Assembly (NCBI GenBank): GCA_050613775.1
Contig: JBODTK010000132.1
Coordinates: 372,001 to 436,000, forward strand
Direction of reading: 5' to 3'
Length of the DNA stretch: 64,000 nt
From: Neocallimastix sp. 'constans'
Taxonomy: Eukaryota
A program made the translations under genes and the position numbers. A model generated the notes under the pieces. That model had not been told where the DNA came from. It saw nothing but the letters and a program-made list of their open reading frames with translations, and did not search any database. This document shows positions 39,203 through 56,991 of this stretch, one piece after another; within the stretch, counting starts at the first letter, position 1, and each line of letters starts with the position of its first letter.

Positions 39203-41854
39203 TATTATTAATTATCATTATTTTTTGTATTATTGCTATTTAAATATTATACGTATTCAAAATTTATATATTTTTTATTCTGAAAATATTATAATTAAAT
39301 TTTATTCTTACCAGCTCCTAATAACCAGTTGAATCTCCATTTACATCCTTCCTTTAAGGATTCTGGGAAGGATTCACAATCTTCAATACCAGTAATACCA
39401 CCATATTGTTTACCCCAGCCATTTGAACCAGCTGGTAAACCATACATATTAGTACAAGCATCGAAAATACCGACACCACCACCTGGAATCTGAAGATCAA
39501 ACTAATATAAATAATATTTATTTAAATATATACATATATACATTAGCCAATTAAATTATTAATTAATTATTAATTATTATTGCTAAAATATATTTAAAGC
39601 TGTCATTATATATAAAAATTATATTTTATATAGTAAACATAATTTTTTCTTTTTTTTTTTTATTATGAAGGGATTAACTTACTTGATTAGAACCAACATC
39701 AGAACCAGTGTTAGTAACTTGAACAACTAATTGTTTACCACGAATTGGTGGATCAGTGAATGTTAAAGCATAACATTTACAACAGGAAACAGATTCACCA
39801 CCTGGTAAAGCAGCAGCAGCGAAACCATATGAAAGAGAGTCACTTACAGCCCATGGTTGTTGATTTTCACACATATGAGCAGTACCAACAACATCCTTTT
39901 GACAAGCAGATGGAGCTATTATTGTTATTAAACAAATTTTTTAGTAAAATATTTTTTAATTTAAATTAATAAATAAATAAACAAGCAAACAATTAAACAA
40001 ACAAACAAACAATCAAATAAATAAATAAAAATAAATATAAAAAATAAAATTTTATTTATTAATCTTATTCTTTATAAACAAATGCACATATATATTAATA
40101 ATGGTAATAATTTTTTTTTTTTTTTTTTTTACCTTCTTGATCTTCAATAAGAGTAGTACCATCAACTTTACAGTGTCTTACTGGATGGAAAACATCAGCC
40201 TTACCTGGCCATGAACAAGATGGCTTACAACAATCGTAGTAACGAGTAGTAACACCTTCTTCAGTACCAACTGGATATAATTGTGGACCCCAAGTCTTAT
40301 TCATAAGTTCGTAACATTCATATTCTGGAATTTCACAACCTTTATCAAGAACTGGATCATAACCCCAACGAAAACCAGTATAGTTAGCAGTAACAACACA
40401 ATTTGGTGGCTTACACCATGGTCCACCATGAATACCTTTATCAATATCCATTACTGGTCGAATTGGAGCTTTTAAGTTTGGTTCACAATGTGAATAATGC
40501 TCATTAATTTCTGTACAAACAGTACCGGCTTGACAACAATTTGGACCTTTTTTTTTTAATGATTATCATAAAGTAAATAATTATAATAAATAAGTATTAT
40601 TTCATAATATATATATGTAATATTATTTGATTATTATTACAATTATAATATTAATTATAATCATTATTTTTATTAATTTTTATTATTACTATTATTACTA
40701 TTACTTTTTATTATAATTATTATTTTTATTAATTTAGTTATTATCATAATTATAATTATTTTTATTAATTTTTATTATTATTATAATTATTATTATTATT
40801 ATTATTATTATTATTTGTGTTAAAAAATAAAATGTTGATTAAATTTTTTTTTATTTATGTTTTTATACCTTCATAACCAATACCACCGCATTGAGCGTAA
40901 GCTTTAAGATCTGGACCATGACAACATTGACCATATGAAAAGATATCTGGTGGAGTACATTCAATTGGTTCATAGGTTGGAACAGCTTGACCAGCAGTAG
41001 TTGGAATAAGGAATTTACCACCGGTATCAGCAGTAGATGGTCCTGGCTTATTATCTTTTGTTTTGGTAGTTGACTCCTTTGATTTTGGGGTTGTAGTAGT
41101 TTTGGTTTTTGTAACAATTGGAAGTTCTTCCTCCTGAATACCACACCTTGATTTTGAATATTATATATATTATTAATTTTTTATTATTATTATTTTTTTT
41201 TTTTTTGATAAATTTTTTTTAATAAATTTTTTTTTAATAATTTTTTTTTATATTTTTTAATAATAGTTTATAAGAAAAAATGATATATTAATATGATTTA
41301 AGAGAATTAAAAGAAAAAAAACTTACCAATCATCATTTAAAACACCCCAATCACCAGAATCATCGGTATAAATTGCAGTTGTACCTGGTTCACAACATGG
41401 ATAACCTGTAATATAATAAATAATAAATAAATAAATAAAATTTAATATTAATTGTTTATTTTGAAAGTTAATACAAGTAATAGAGGAATACTTATATCAT
41501 CACTATTATTATATAATTACCTAAAGCTAAAGACCAGCAAGCATCTTCTGAAGCTGAAGATTTTCCACAAGAGTTAGAAATACCGCACCATTCATCATTT
41601 TCAACACCCCAATCACCTTTATAAATAATATTATTATTTTAGTACATATAGTACATATTATAAATTAATTAATTATTATTTATATTTATATTATTATTTA
41701 TTTTATTATTAAAGTTGTTATTAAACTTTTTTTTAAATGAAATATATAATTTTAAAATATTTTAATTTTAATATGATTTTAATTAATAATTTTATTTTAC
41801 TCGAAAAAAAAAAAAAAAAAATTAATTGTAAATTTATAAATTAATTTATTATTG

Positions 41855-41913
<59 letters not shown>

Positions 41914-42140
41914 ACATATTGAATATCAAAATACAAAAATATATTTTAATATATTATATTGTTTTTAAATTTTAAAAGAAATTTTCAATAAATAATATTT
42001 TTTTTTTTTTTTTTTGCTTATTTTATTTTTTTTTATTTATTCAATGAAATTCTGACACATAAATAAGGGATATATTATATGTATTTTATATTATAATATT
42101 TTATAATTCATAACATATATATCATATATATGGATATGGA

Positions 42141-42185
<45 letters not shown>

Positions 42186-42335
42186 ATATAAAAATGTACC
42201 ATCTCCATCAGTAACAACGACGTCACAATTAGTTTTACAACATGGGTAACCAAGTGAAGTCGACCAGCAGCTTTGTGCAAAAGCTGAATGACTTAATAAA
42301 ACTATTGAAGTTAAAATAATAATAGTACTCTTCAT
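38993..42335 (-). CDS. Secreted cellulosomal GH45 endoglucanase: signal peptide, 2 fungal dockerins, linker, CBM1, CBM10-like module, GH45
   Basis: Eight GT-AG exons join in frame: 42335-42200, 41616-41521, 41405-41327, 41146-40869, 40546-40133, 39915-39683, 39501-39312, 39087-38993. Dockerin [26 protein letters not shown]1 [17 protein letters not shown]45 [12 protein letters not shown] and [11 protein letters not shown]. Confidence 0.92.
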
Positions 42336-42962
42336 ATTGTTTTTAAAAAAAAAATTTTTATAATTTTTTTTTAATATTTTCTTATTTTATTTTATTTTAT
42401 TTTTATTTTTATTTTATTTTATTCTATAACAAATAATTAAAACTTTCTTTCAAATAAAAATTAAAAATGAATATACAAAAAAAATAATTATTTATTTAAT
42501 TTTTTCTATTATTTCAAATAATAAATATATATATTTTTTTAATTTTTATTGAAAATATTTGTTATTTAAAAAAAAAAAAAACAATTCTTAATTATAAAAA
42601 AAAAAAATGTGTCGCTTTTATGGATATTTATAATGTTAAAGTAATTTAAAAAATAATAATAAAAATTTTAAGAAATTAATATATATGGAATTAATTTATA
42701 AAAAAAAAAAAAAAATTAAATAAAATATTATATTTTAATATAATACAATATATATATGCATTAATATTTATTATTTGTCAATATTCATTAAAATTAATTA
42801 ATATAATGATTATTATATATATTAAAGAATTTGTATTATTTCATTATTAAATAAAGTTTTGGATAATATAACAATGGATGAATAATTAATGAATGATAAA
42901 ATTTGGAGATAATTATTTTATAATCATAATTGCTCAATTAATATTAATAATTATTATATTAA

Positions 42963-43301
42963 TGTTAAAGTATTAAATAATATAAATAAATAAACTTAAT
43001 AATTTAGGTTTATAATTAAATAATAGAAAATATAAATCATAAATATTTATGTAAAAACTAAACTTAAAATGTAAATTAACATTATTTATGTTAATACATA
43101 GTTAAATGTAAATCATTAGATTTATCATGCGCATGTAAATAATCTCTTTATTCTTGTTTATTCACGTGAAATAATAATATAGTTTATATAAAAATAATTG
43201 TTTATTTTATAGACGAAAATTCGCGACTTTCGTCAATAAGTAATTTTATAATAAATAAATAAATGTATAAATTATTAATAATTAAATAAATTCCTTTAAT
43301 A
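42963..43301 (+). repeat. 5' LTR of the copia element (TG..TA)
   Basis: TGTTAAAG..CTTTAATA, 339 bp; the only difference seen from the 3' LTR is one A in a homopolymer. Confidence 0.93.
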
Positions 43302-43316
43302 GATTAAGAGTCTCAT
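43302..43316 (+). other. PBS complementary to a tRNA-Lys(CUU) anticodon arm
   Basis: GATTAAGAGTCTCAT; reverse complement A-TGAGA-CTCTTAA-TC reads as anticodon stem plus CT-CTT-AA loop. Confidence 0.78.
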
Positions 43317-43487
43317 CTGTACTCTTAACATTCTCATATAATATTGATAAAATAATATAAAATATCTTTATTAAAATAAAATATTAATTAAATAAAATAT
43401 TAATAAAATTACATAATAAAAACACAAAATAATCTTCTTAAACCCAAATATATAATAATATTAATTATTAAATTAAAAATCAATTAA

Positions 43488-46400
43488 ATGAGTGATTTTA
43501 TCCCGTTCAAAAAGGAAGCCATATTGAATGGCAAAAATTTTAATATATGGTATGATAATTTAACGGACATATTGGAGAAAGATGACTTAGCTGAATATCT
43601 AACTAAAGATATATTGGAAGAAGCCAAAAGGGACAATACCAAAAAGGAAGAAGAAATAAAGGAAATCAAGAAAACGAACACAAAAGTCCGTTATATTATT
43701 AAAAATACCATAAATTCCAAAATCCATGAAGATATTATTGGCATGAACACTCCATATGCCATAATAAATTATCTAAGAGAAGAATACAAATTAAGTGAGA
43801 ATGACATGACTCAATGGATTAGTAAACTTAAAAATGTCAAAGCTGAAAAGGAAACAGAAATACCTTCAGCTATTAAGGAAATCTTTAAATTATTTAATGG
43901 CATGAACTCCTCCGGAAATATTATCTCCGAAAAAGAAAAAGTAAAATATTTATTAAGAGCATTACCAAAAAGTTATAAAATGAAATTAACTTTAAATGGT
44001 AATGAAACAGCCGAAGAATTAAAAACAACTATAGTAAAAGATATAAACACCTGGTTATATGTCGATGAACAAACAGATAAAGACCAACGACCATATGATC
44101 CAATGGACATCGACTATGCTGGGAAACTTGGATACAAGAATAGGAAAAATTTAAAAAACAAGAACAATAATAAAAATTTTTCAAAAAAAGGAAATCCAAG
44201 TAAACAAAACAACAAAGAAAAATTTAATAATAATAAATATAACAATAATAATAAATACTGCGAAATCTGTGAAAGGAGGGGTCATTCTACCAAAGAATGT
44301 AGGTATAATCCAAGAAACCCAAATGGATTATACAATAAATACTACATTCAAGATGAACAAAAATTAAATAATTATCACACTCATAATAATTGGCATAATG
44401 GAAGACCCATAAGATATATTAATTTAAATGATGAATATAATGAAAATATATCTTATGATGATATAAAGCCAATGTTTTATAAATACTATGATCCTAAAGG
44501 AAAAGGAAAATATGAGAATAATGATGATGATGATTCAGATGAATATCAAGAATCTGAAAAATCAAATTGTTTCATAAATTATGATAAAGAAGACGTTAAA
44601 AATGAAGTTTTAATTAAAAATAATATAATAACACGAGTAGAAAATAAATTAAATTTAGCTAAAGAAATTTTTATAAATAATATTAATAAAAAGGAAATAA
44701 ATACAAATAATACAAATGAAATTTTTAATATTAATTACAATAAAAAAGAAACATCAGAATGGTTATATGATTCAGGTGCTGGTGAACATATAACTAATGA
44801 TCTAAGTCTGCTTAAAAATTTTAAAAAAGAAAAAATAAAGTTAAGATGTGCAAATAATACTTATTGCTATTTTGAAGGCCATGGTGAATTTGAATTTACT
44901 ATTAATAATTATCATTTTAAATTTAACAAAGTATTATATTCAAAAGAAGTAGCTAAAAATATTATTAGTGGAATAGAATGGGCAAAACAAGATGTTAAAA
45001 CCTTGACAGAAAAGGATAAACACAATAATATTATCCTCAGAATTTTAGATAACAATTATAATATTATTGCCACATTCCAAGCTAATAATAACAATGAAGT
45101 TAAAATTGTAGTTACTCATTTCAATATTGAAAATGAAAGAAATAATAAAAATAATCTTATGGCAATTCAAAATTTTCGGAATGCTGAAGAGTTAACTTGG
45201 CATCGACGGCTTGGTCATTTCTACCAAGAAGATTTGAAGAATTATCTAAATAATCATGAAATTAACTTAGATAAGTGTGATGATTGCAAAATTGCGAAAA
45301 TGAAACGCAATCCACACAATAAAACTCCTCCTAGAGCTAAAGAGATCTTAGAAGTTATACATTCAGATATTATTGGTCCTATTAACACATCTTATACTGG
45401 AAAAAGGTTCATTCTTACTATCTTAGATGAAGCTTCTAGAAAATCATGGGTTTTTATAATGAAGAGTAAATCAGAAGCTACTGATATTATTATCAATACC
45501 TTAAGAATGCTTAATAATAAATATAAGGATCATAAAATTAAAGTTTTTAAATCGGATAACGCAAAGGAATATAAAAACAAGAAAATTGATTCCTTTTGCA
45601 ATGAAAATGGAATTGAAAAAGTATTCTCTCCTCCGTATAATCCTGAAAATAATGGACTATGTGAAAGATTTAATCTTACTATTGTTTCCTGCGCGAAAAC
45701 CTTGTTATATTGGAGTGGACTTAGTGAAAACTTCTGGGACTTTGCGATATTATACGCTAACTATATATACAACAAAGTTCCTCATTCTGGAATTCATAAC
45801 AAAATTCCAGATGAAATATTCTACAAAAACAAAGTAAAAATTAATCACATCAAGGTATTCGGTTGTATCACCTTCTATATTGACAGAAGCCAAAATAAAT
45901 CCAAATTTTCACCTAATTCTAAGAAAGGAATTTTTCTTGGATTTAGTGAAAAAACTAATAGCTATATTATTATGGATTTCAATGATAATTCAATTCATTA
46001 TTGTAGAGAAATTTACTGTTTAGAAGATACTCCTGCTAATGTAAAATTAGCAAACAATAAATCAAATCAATATGGTGATCAGGAATTTCTTACTTTTGAT
46101 TTTTATTTTTCGAAGAATTTACCAGACTCATCTGGTGGAGAAAATCATAAAGCTGGTAACCATAGTAGTAAACCTTCTGAAAATAAATTTAATAACAACA
46201 ACAAAGAAAATAGCAAAAATACCAAAGAAAATTATTCATCATTACCTATCACAAACAATGATGATTTACAAGAAAATTTAAATAAGGACAATTCCCCTAA
46301 AAGAGATAAAGGGAAAAGCCCAGAGACTGAGGATTCTAACGATACCAATATCAATAATAATATTGGTAAGGACAAAGAAATAAAAATCGCAGAAGAAAAG

Positions 46401-48776
46401 ACCCAAAACTACAAAAATCAAGAAAATTTCAAAAATCATTCTGATGAAAATTTTTCTGATAATAAAAATTTTTCAAAAAATGAAGAAAATTCAATAAACA
46501 AAAACAAAAATTTTAATGAAACCTTATCGAATAATAATTCTAATCAAGAGAAAAATTTTTCTGAAAATTCAAATATAAATAAGGTTAAAAATTCTAAAAC
46601 TCAAAATAATAATAAAATTACTGATGAAGAAAAATTTTTTGATATTAACGACAAAACCTTATTTAATAAGAAATCCAATAATCAAGGAAAAGTTAATGAA
46701 CAAACCAATATGTCTTCAAATAAATCTAATATAATTAAAGAAAATTTTAATAAAAATTTTTCTGAAACAAATATTAAAAATAATATATCTACCAGTACTA
46801 CTGATAATATATCTAAATCCAAAAATTTTTCAAACCCAAATTATTATAATTTTCCTTCTTATTCTCAAGAAAATACTATGTTTAATAGAAATAATATTAT
46901 CTCTTCTTACATCGACAAAAAGTTCCCTTTTAATGGCAGAAGAAGTGTTAAAGAACTACATATAGATAACCAAAATTCTTTTAATACAAATTCATTCAAT
47001 AGAATTAATTTACCTCATCATAGGAGCAATTTTCATTTCAAAAATAATAAAAATTTTGAAAATGGAAATATTGATTATTTATTTTCAAATAATCCTTTTA
47101 AAATTAAGAAAAATAATTATTTACATATTAAAAAACAGTTTAATTTTAAAAAACACGGAAGGTCACTTTCGGACGATTTAACACCTTCCCAATCACAAAA
47201 ATTTCGTAGATCAAACTTTAATTCAAAAATTATTGCTACTTTGGATAATTTTGTGCCCCAATCATTTTTCCAAGCCACAAATTGTAAAGACCACGTTCTA
47301 TGGGAAAAAGCTATGGATAACGAACTGGATAATCTTTATACTAATAAAATTATGACTTTTGTGAACAATATTCCAGATGGTAAGAAACCCATTCCTTCCA
47401 AATGGGTCTACGCTCTTAAGACTGATGGTCTTGGCCATATTATTAAACATAAAGCTCGTTTTGTCGCTAAAGGTTTCTCTCAAAAATATGGCATTGATTA
47501 TGAGTTGACTTTCTCTCCTACCCTTAATTTCGATTGTTTAAAACTTCTTATCTCCTTAGCTGCTAAATTTAAATGGGACATTCTCCAATTAGATATCAAA
47601 GCTGCGTATCTCAACGCGGATTTAGACAAAGATATCTATGTCAAAATTCCCCCTGGAGATCCTAACTTTGGGAGGGGATATTGGAAATTGAACAAAGCAT
47701 TATACGGTTTAAAACAATCTGGCCGACAATGGTATAATACCATCTCTAAATTTTTAATTGAACAAGGAATGGAGCAACTAAAATCTGAAAGTTGCGTTTT
47801 CAAGAAAATCGTAAATGGAAAATTAGTCTGTATAATTGGCTTATACGTAGACGATATGATTGTTACTGGAGAAAAGGAAGAAATTAACAAAATCTTCAAT
47901 AAAATTAAAAACAAATTCAAGATCTCAAAATCTGGTCCAATAGACTACTTATTGGGAATTAAAGTTGAAAATAGAAATAACACTTATACATTATCTCAAA
48001 CACAATTTATAGAAAATATTTTAAAAACATTTAATATCAATAACAAAAGACTAAGAAAAACACCATGTGTTGGTGATAATACAATATCAGAAAATAACCA
48101 ACCATTCAACAAAACAAAATATAAAAGTGCAATTGGTATGTTAATTTATTTATCAAAATGTACCAGACCCGACATTGCATTTTCAGTCAACAAAGCTGCC
48201 AGAAATTCAGAAAATCCGACAGTATCTGACTGGCACAAAGTTATTGCAATATTACAATATTTAAAAAATACCAAAAATTACAAAATTAAATATGATGGCA
48301 CTGGTAACATTGTAGGTTACACAGATTCAGACTTCGCTGGTGACGTTACTGACAGAAAATCAACATCAGGTAATATTATCTTAATGGGAAATAATCCAAT
48401 ATCCTGGACCTCGAAAAAACAGTCAGTTGTCGCCACATCAACAGCAGAAGCTGAATACATAAGTGCATCAGTATGTATAAAGAAATTATTAAGAATTAAA
48501 AATATCTTATATGAATTATTCAAATTCAACAAACCACTAACATTATTCACTGATAATAATGCAAGTAAAATTTCAATGGAAAATGGGGAATTAAATCCAA
48601 AATTAAAACATATTTCAATCAAATATCATTTTAATAAAGACAATATTGAGAAAAATTTAATTAAATTAAAATATATCAGTACCGATAAAATGCTAGCTGA
48701 CACATTAACAAAATGTGTAAATGGTACTAAAATGACAACCTTTGCAAATCAAATTTTCATTACAAATGAAAACTGA
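43488..48776 (+). CDS. Copia Gag-Pol polyprotein (Gag-PR-IN-RT-RNase H)
   Basis: 1762 aa: zinc knuckle CEICERRGHSTKEC, protease WLYDSGA, WHRRLGH, integrase HSDIIGP / SDNAKEY, RT YGLKQSGRQW / YVDD, RNase H GYTDSDFAGD. Confidence 0.97.
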   Translation: MSDFIPFKKEAILNGKNFNIWYDNLTDILEKDDLAEYLTKDILEEAKRDNTKKEEEIKEIKKTNTKVRYIIKNTINSKIHEDIIGMNTPYAIINYLREEYKLSENDMTQWISKLKNVKAEKETEIPSAIKEIFKLFNGMNSSGNIISEKEKVKYLLRALPKSYKMKLTLNGNETAEELKTTIVKDINTWLYVDEQTDKDQRPYDPMDIDYAGKLGYKNRKNLKNKNNNKNFSKKGNPSKQNNKEKFNNNKYNNNNKYCEICERRGHSTKECRYNPRNPNGLYNKYYIQDEQKLNNYHTHNNWHNGRPIRYINLNDEYNENISYDDIKPMFYKYYDPKGKGKYENNDDDDSDEYQESEKSNCFINYDKEDVKNEVLIKNNIITRVENKLNLAKEIFINNINKKEINTNNTNEIFNINYNKKETSEWLYDSGAGEHITNDLSLLKNFKKEKIKLRCANNTYCYFEGHGEFEFTINNYHFKFNKVLYSKEVAKNIISGIEWAKQDVKTLTEKDKHNNIILRILDNNYNIIATFQANNNNEVKIVVTHFNIENERNNKNNLMAIQNFRNAEELTWHRRLGHFYQEDLKNYLNNHEINLDKCDDCKIAKMKRNPHNKTPPRAKEILEVIHSDIIGPINTSYTGKRFILTILDEASRKSWVFIMKSKSEATDIIINTLRMLNNKYKDHKIKVFKSDNAKEYKNKKIDSFCNENGIEKVFSPPYNPENNGLCERFNLTIVSCAKTLLYWSGLSENFWDFAILYANYIYNKVPHSGIHNKIPDEIFYKNKVKINHIKVFGCITFYIDRSQNKSKFSPNSKKGIFLGFSEKTNSYIIMDFNDNSIHYCREIYCLEDTPANVKLANNKSNQYGDQEFLTFDFYFSKNLPDSSGGENHKAGNHSSKPSENKFNNNNKENSKNTKENYSSLPITNNDDLQENLNKDNSPKRDKGKSPETEDSNDTNINNNIGKDKEIKIAEEKTQNYKNQENFKNHSDENFSDNKNFSKNEENSINKNKNFNETLSNNNSNQEKNFSENSNINKVKNSKTQNNNKITDEEKFFDINDKTLFNKKSNNQGKVNEQTNMSSNKSNIIKENFNKNFSETNIKNNISTSTTDNISKSKNFSNPNYYNFPSYSQENTMFNRNNIISSYIDKKFPFNGRRSVKELHIDNQNSFNTNSFNRINLPHHRSNFHFKNNKNFENGNIDYLFSNNPFKIKKNNYLHIKKQFNFKKHGRSLSDDLTPSQSQKFRRSNFNSKIIATLDNFVPQSFFQATNCKDHVLWEKAMDNELDNLYTNKIMTFVNNIPDGKKPIPSKWVYALKTDGLGHIIKHKARFVAKGFSQKYGIDYELTFSPTLNFDCLKLLISLAAKFKWDILQLDIKAAYLNADLDKDIYVKIPPGDPNFGRGYWKLNKALYGLKQSGRQWYNTISKFLIEQGMEQLKSESCVFKKIVNGKLVCIIGLYVDDMIVTGEKEEINKIFNKIKNKFKISKSGPIDYLLGIKVENRNNTYTLSQTQFIENILKTFNINNKRLRKTPCVGDNTISENNQPFNKTKYKSAIGMLIYLSKCTRPDIAFSVNKAARNSENPTVSDWHKVIAILQYLKNTKNYKIKYDGTGNIVGYTDSDFAGDVTDRKSTSGNIILMGNNPISWTSKKQSVVATSTAEAEYISASVCIKKLLRIKNILYELFKFNKPLTLFTDNNASKISMENGELNPKLKHISIKYHFNKDNIEKNLIKLKYISTDKMLADTLTKCVNGTKMTTFANQIFITNEN

Positions 48777-48779
48777 TTT

Positions 48780-48788
48780 GAGGGGGAG
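48780..48788 (+). other. Polypurine tract of the copia element
   Basis: GAGGGGGAG abuts the 3' LTR. Confidence 0.9.
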
Positions 48789-49128
48789 TGTTAAAGTATT
48801 AAATAATATAAATAAATAAACTTAATAATTTAGGTTTATAATTAAATAATAGAAAATATAAATCATAAATATTTATGTAAAAAACTAAACTTAAAATGTA
48901 AATTAACATTATTTATGTTAATACATAGTTAAATGTAAATCATTAGATTTATCATGCGCATGTAAATAATCTCTTTATTCTTGTTTATTCACGTGAAATA
49001 ATAATATAGTTTATATAAAAATAATTGTTTATTTTATAGACGAAAATTCGCGACTTTCGTCAATAAGTAATTTTATAATAAATAAATAAATGTATAAATT
49101 ATTAATAATTAAATAAATTCCTTTAATA
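48789..49128 (+). repeat. 3' LTR of the copia element
   Basis: 340-bp direct repeat of 42963-43301. Confidence 0.93.
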
Positions 49129-49156
49129 ATTAATATGGAATTTTTTTTAATATTCC

Positions 49157-49275
<119 letters not shown>

Positions 49276-50963
49276 AATAATTCGATAAATGAATATAAAA
49301 TAAATAAACGTAAATAATTATGTATAGAATTAAAAAAAAATTTTTTTTATTATATTAAAAAAAATTTAAATATTAAATACAAATTAAAAGCAAATATTTC
49401 TATATTTATTAATATTATCATCATTTTTCATTATATTTTTAATTAATAATAGATTAATCATTGTTAACTTAGACCTGACTAATTTTTATTATTTATAAAA
49501 AAAATAAATAACATAAGAAAAAAGTATAACAATAATAAAATAAAATAAAAAAAAAGTGATTATAAGAGAAATTTAATATGTAAATATTATTTTAAATAAA
49601 AATAAATAAATAAATAATAATAAAAAAAATAACGGATTTTATAAATAATTAATATATAATTTAATTATCCTTTTATAAAATTGTCTTATTGTCCTCCATA
49701 TTAAAGGGGGAGTATTTATATCATTATTATTATTATTATTTTTTAAAAAAAAAAGATATATAGTATACATTTTAATATTAAAACATCTTTGATTATTAAT
49801 TCTTAAAGTTATTTTATTTAAAAAAAAAAAAAAAAACTAAGAATTTAATTTCCTTTATTATCAAATATTTTTTTTTTAAAAGCATTTTAAGACTATATAA
49901 AATGGAACAAAATCGTTTAACAATTTTAAAAAAATTTTTTTTTTGATTTATTAAACTTTTTTATTTTTTTTCCCTTTTTTTTTTGGTTAAAATCTATAAT
50001 TTATATTATTATAATTATTACTATAATAGAAATGAATATAAGAGAACTGTAAATTATTATTATCAAATTTCCTTTTTATTTTCCTTTTATTTTCCTTTTT
50101 ATTTTCCTTTTTATTTTCCTTTTTTTTTTTTTTTTTTTTTTTTTTGAAAAATAATTTTATAATCAAAATTAAAAATTATAATAAATAAAGTTCTAATATC
50201 ACTAATAAAAAAAAAAAAAAAAAGTAAAAAATTAAATGAAGTTATTCATTTATTCTTTGTACGACATTATATTAAAAAATTGCAATAGCAATTTTGATTA
50301 AGATTTTAAATATTAATATGAAAATATTTATATTTTTTTTATTTATTTTTTTTATTTTATTTAATTTAATTTTTTGTATAAAAAATATATTGTGGAAAGT
50401 TGACAAGTTATAATATATTAATTAATATTTTTTTTAATAATTTTTTAATTATTTTTTAAGTAATAATATTGATAATGAATGAATAATAGGAATATTTATT
50501 AAATATAATTAACTTTTTATTAAATAATTAGATAATGAATAAAAATATTGAAATTTAATTATCTAATAAAAATTTTTTTTTTCTTTTTTCTTTTTTATTT
50601 ATTTATTTATAAGAAATAATAATAAATAATAATCTAAAAATATATAAATATATATTTAAATCTTAAACTATCTAAATATAAAAGAATATATATTAAATTT
50701 ATATATGTACATATTAGCCTTTTCTTTCTTTCTTTTTTTTTTTTTCTATAATAAATAATTAGTTATGAGGTATTAGTAATAAAAAATTTTTTTACATAAT
50801 ATTATATATATATAATATAATCAAAAATTTTAAATTTTAATATCATTAATTAAATTTATTGAGGTTATATCTCGTTATTTAATATTAAAAAAATTTTTTT
50901 TAAAAAAAATAGTACCAAATTTAATATCAAATTTTAAATTATTAAAAGTATTATAATATATAT

Positions 50964-51009
<46 letters not shown>

Positions 51010-51278
51010 TGATTCTATATATTGCAAATTTTAAAGCAAAATAGTAAATTAAAATATATACATATATAATATAAATAAAAAAGAAATAAAAAAATAAAAA
51101 ATACATATATATAAATATAAAAAATAAGGATACAATTAAATAATCAAAGATTAAATATATAAATAAAAATAAAAAAAAAAAATATTATTATAATTTTATT
51201 TTATTTAATTTAATTTTATATATAAAGGTTACAAAAAATTTTTTATTTATTTTATTATATTTTATTTTATATATTTTA

Positions 51279-51309
<31 letters not shown>

Positions 51310-51828
51310 TTTTTTTTTTTTTTTTTTTTTTAATTATTATTATTATTATTTTTATTTTTATTTTAGTTTATTTACTTATTTATTTATTTTTGTTGTTAAT
51401 TTTTATTATTTTTATAACTGATTGATATTTACTTGTTATTTTTGATAAGTGAATAAAATTGTTTTATTTTTATTTTTTTTTTTTTTTTTTATCTGATTAT
51501 TATTAGAATTGTAATCGCTACTGAATATATATATAAATAATAAAAGAAATTAACTTTTTTTTTTTTTATTTTTTAATCTTAATTTTGCATTTAATATATT
51601 TTTTTTAAATATATGAAGGAATATTATAATTTATTAATTTTATTTTTATAATGATTTTACTTTATATAAAATATTTTTTTTTTTTTTTATTTTTTTAAAA
51701 AAAAGTTCATTCCTTTAATTATTATTATAATTAGTATAGTGTTGATAATTGTTTGATTAATTGATTGACAGAATTTTAGCTATTATTATTATTATTATTA
51801 TTAGATTATTATTTTTTTTTTATTTAAA

Positions 51829-56991
<5,163 letters not shown>

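Larger units (their letters stand above)
42963..49128 (+). mobile_element. Full-length Ty1/copia LTR retrotransposon
   Basis: LTRs 42963-43301 and 48789-49128, TSD ATTAA (42958-42962 and 49129-49133), PPT, intact ORF. Confidence 0.96.

Noticed and set aside
43302..43330. Extending the copia 5' LTR to TTAACA at 43330 to give TG..CA
   Set aside because: This segment is absent from the 3' LTR, and the TSD fixes the end at TA.
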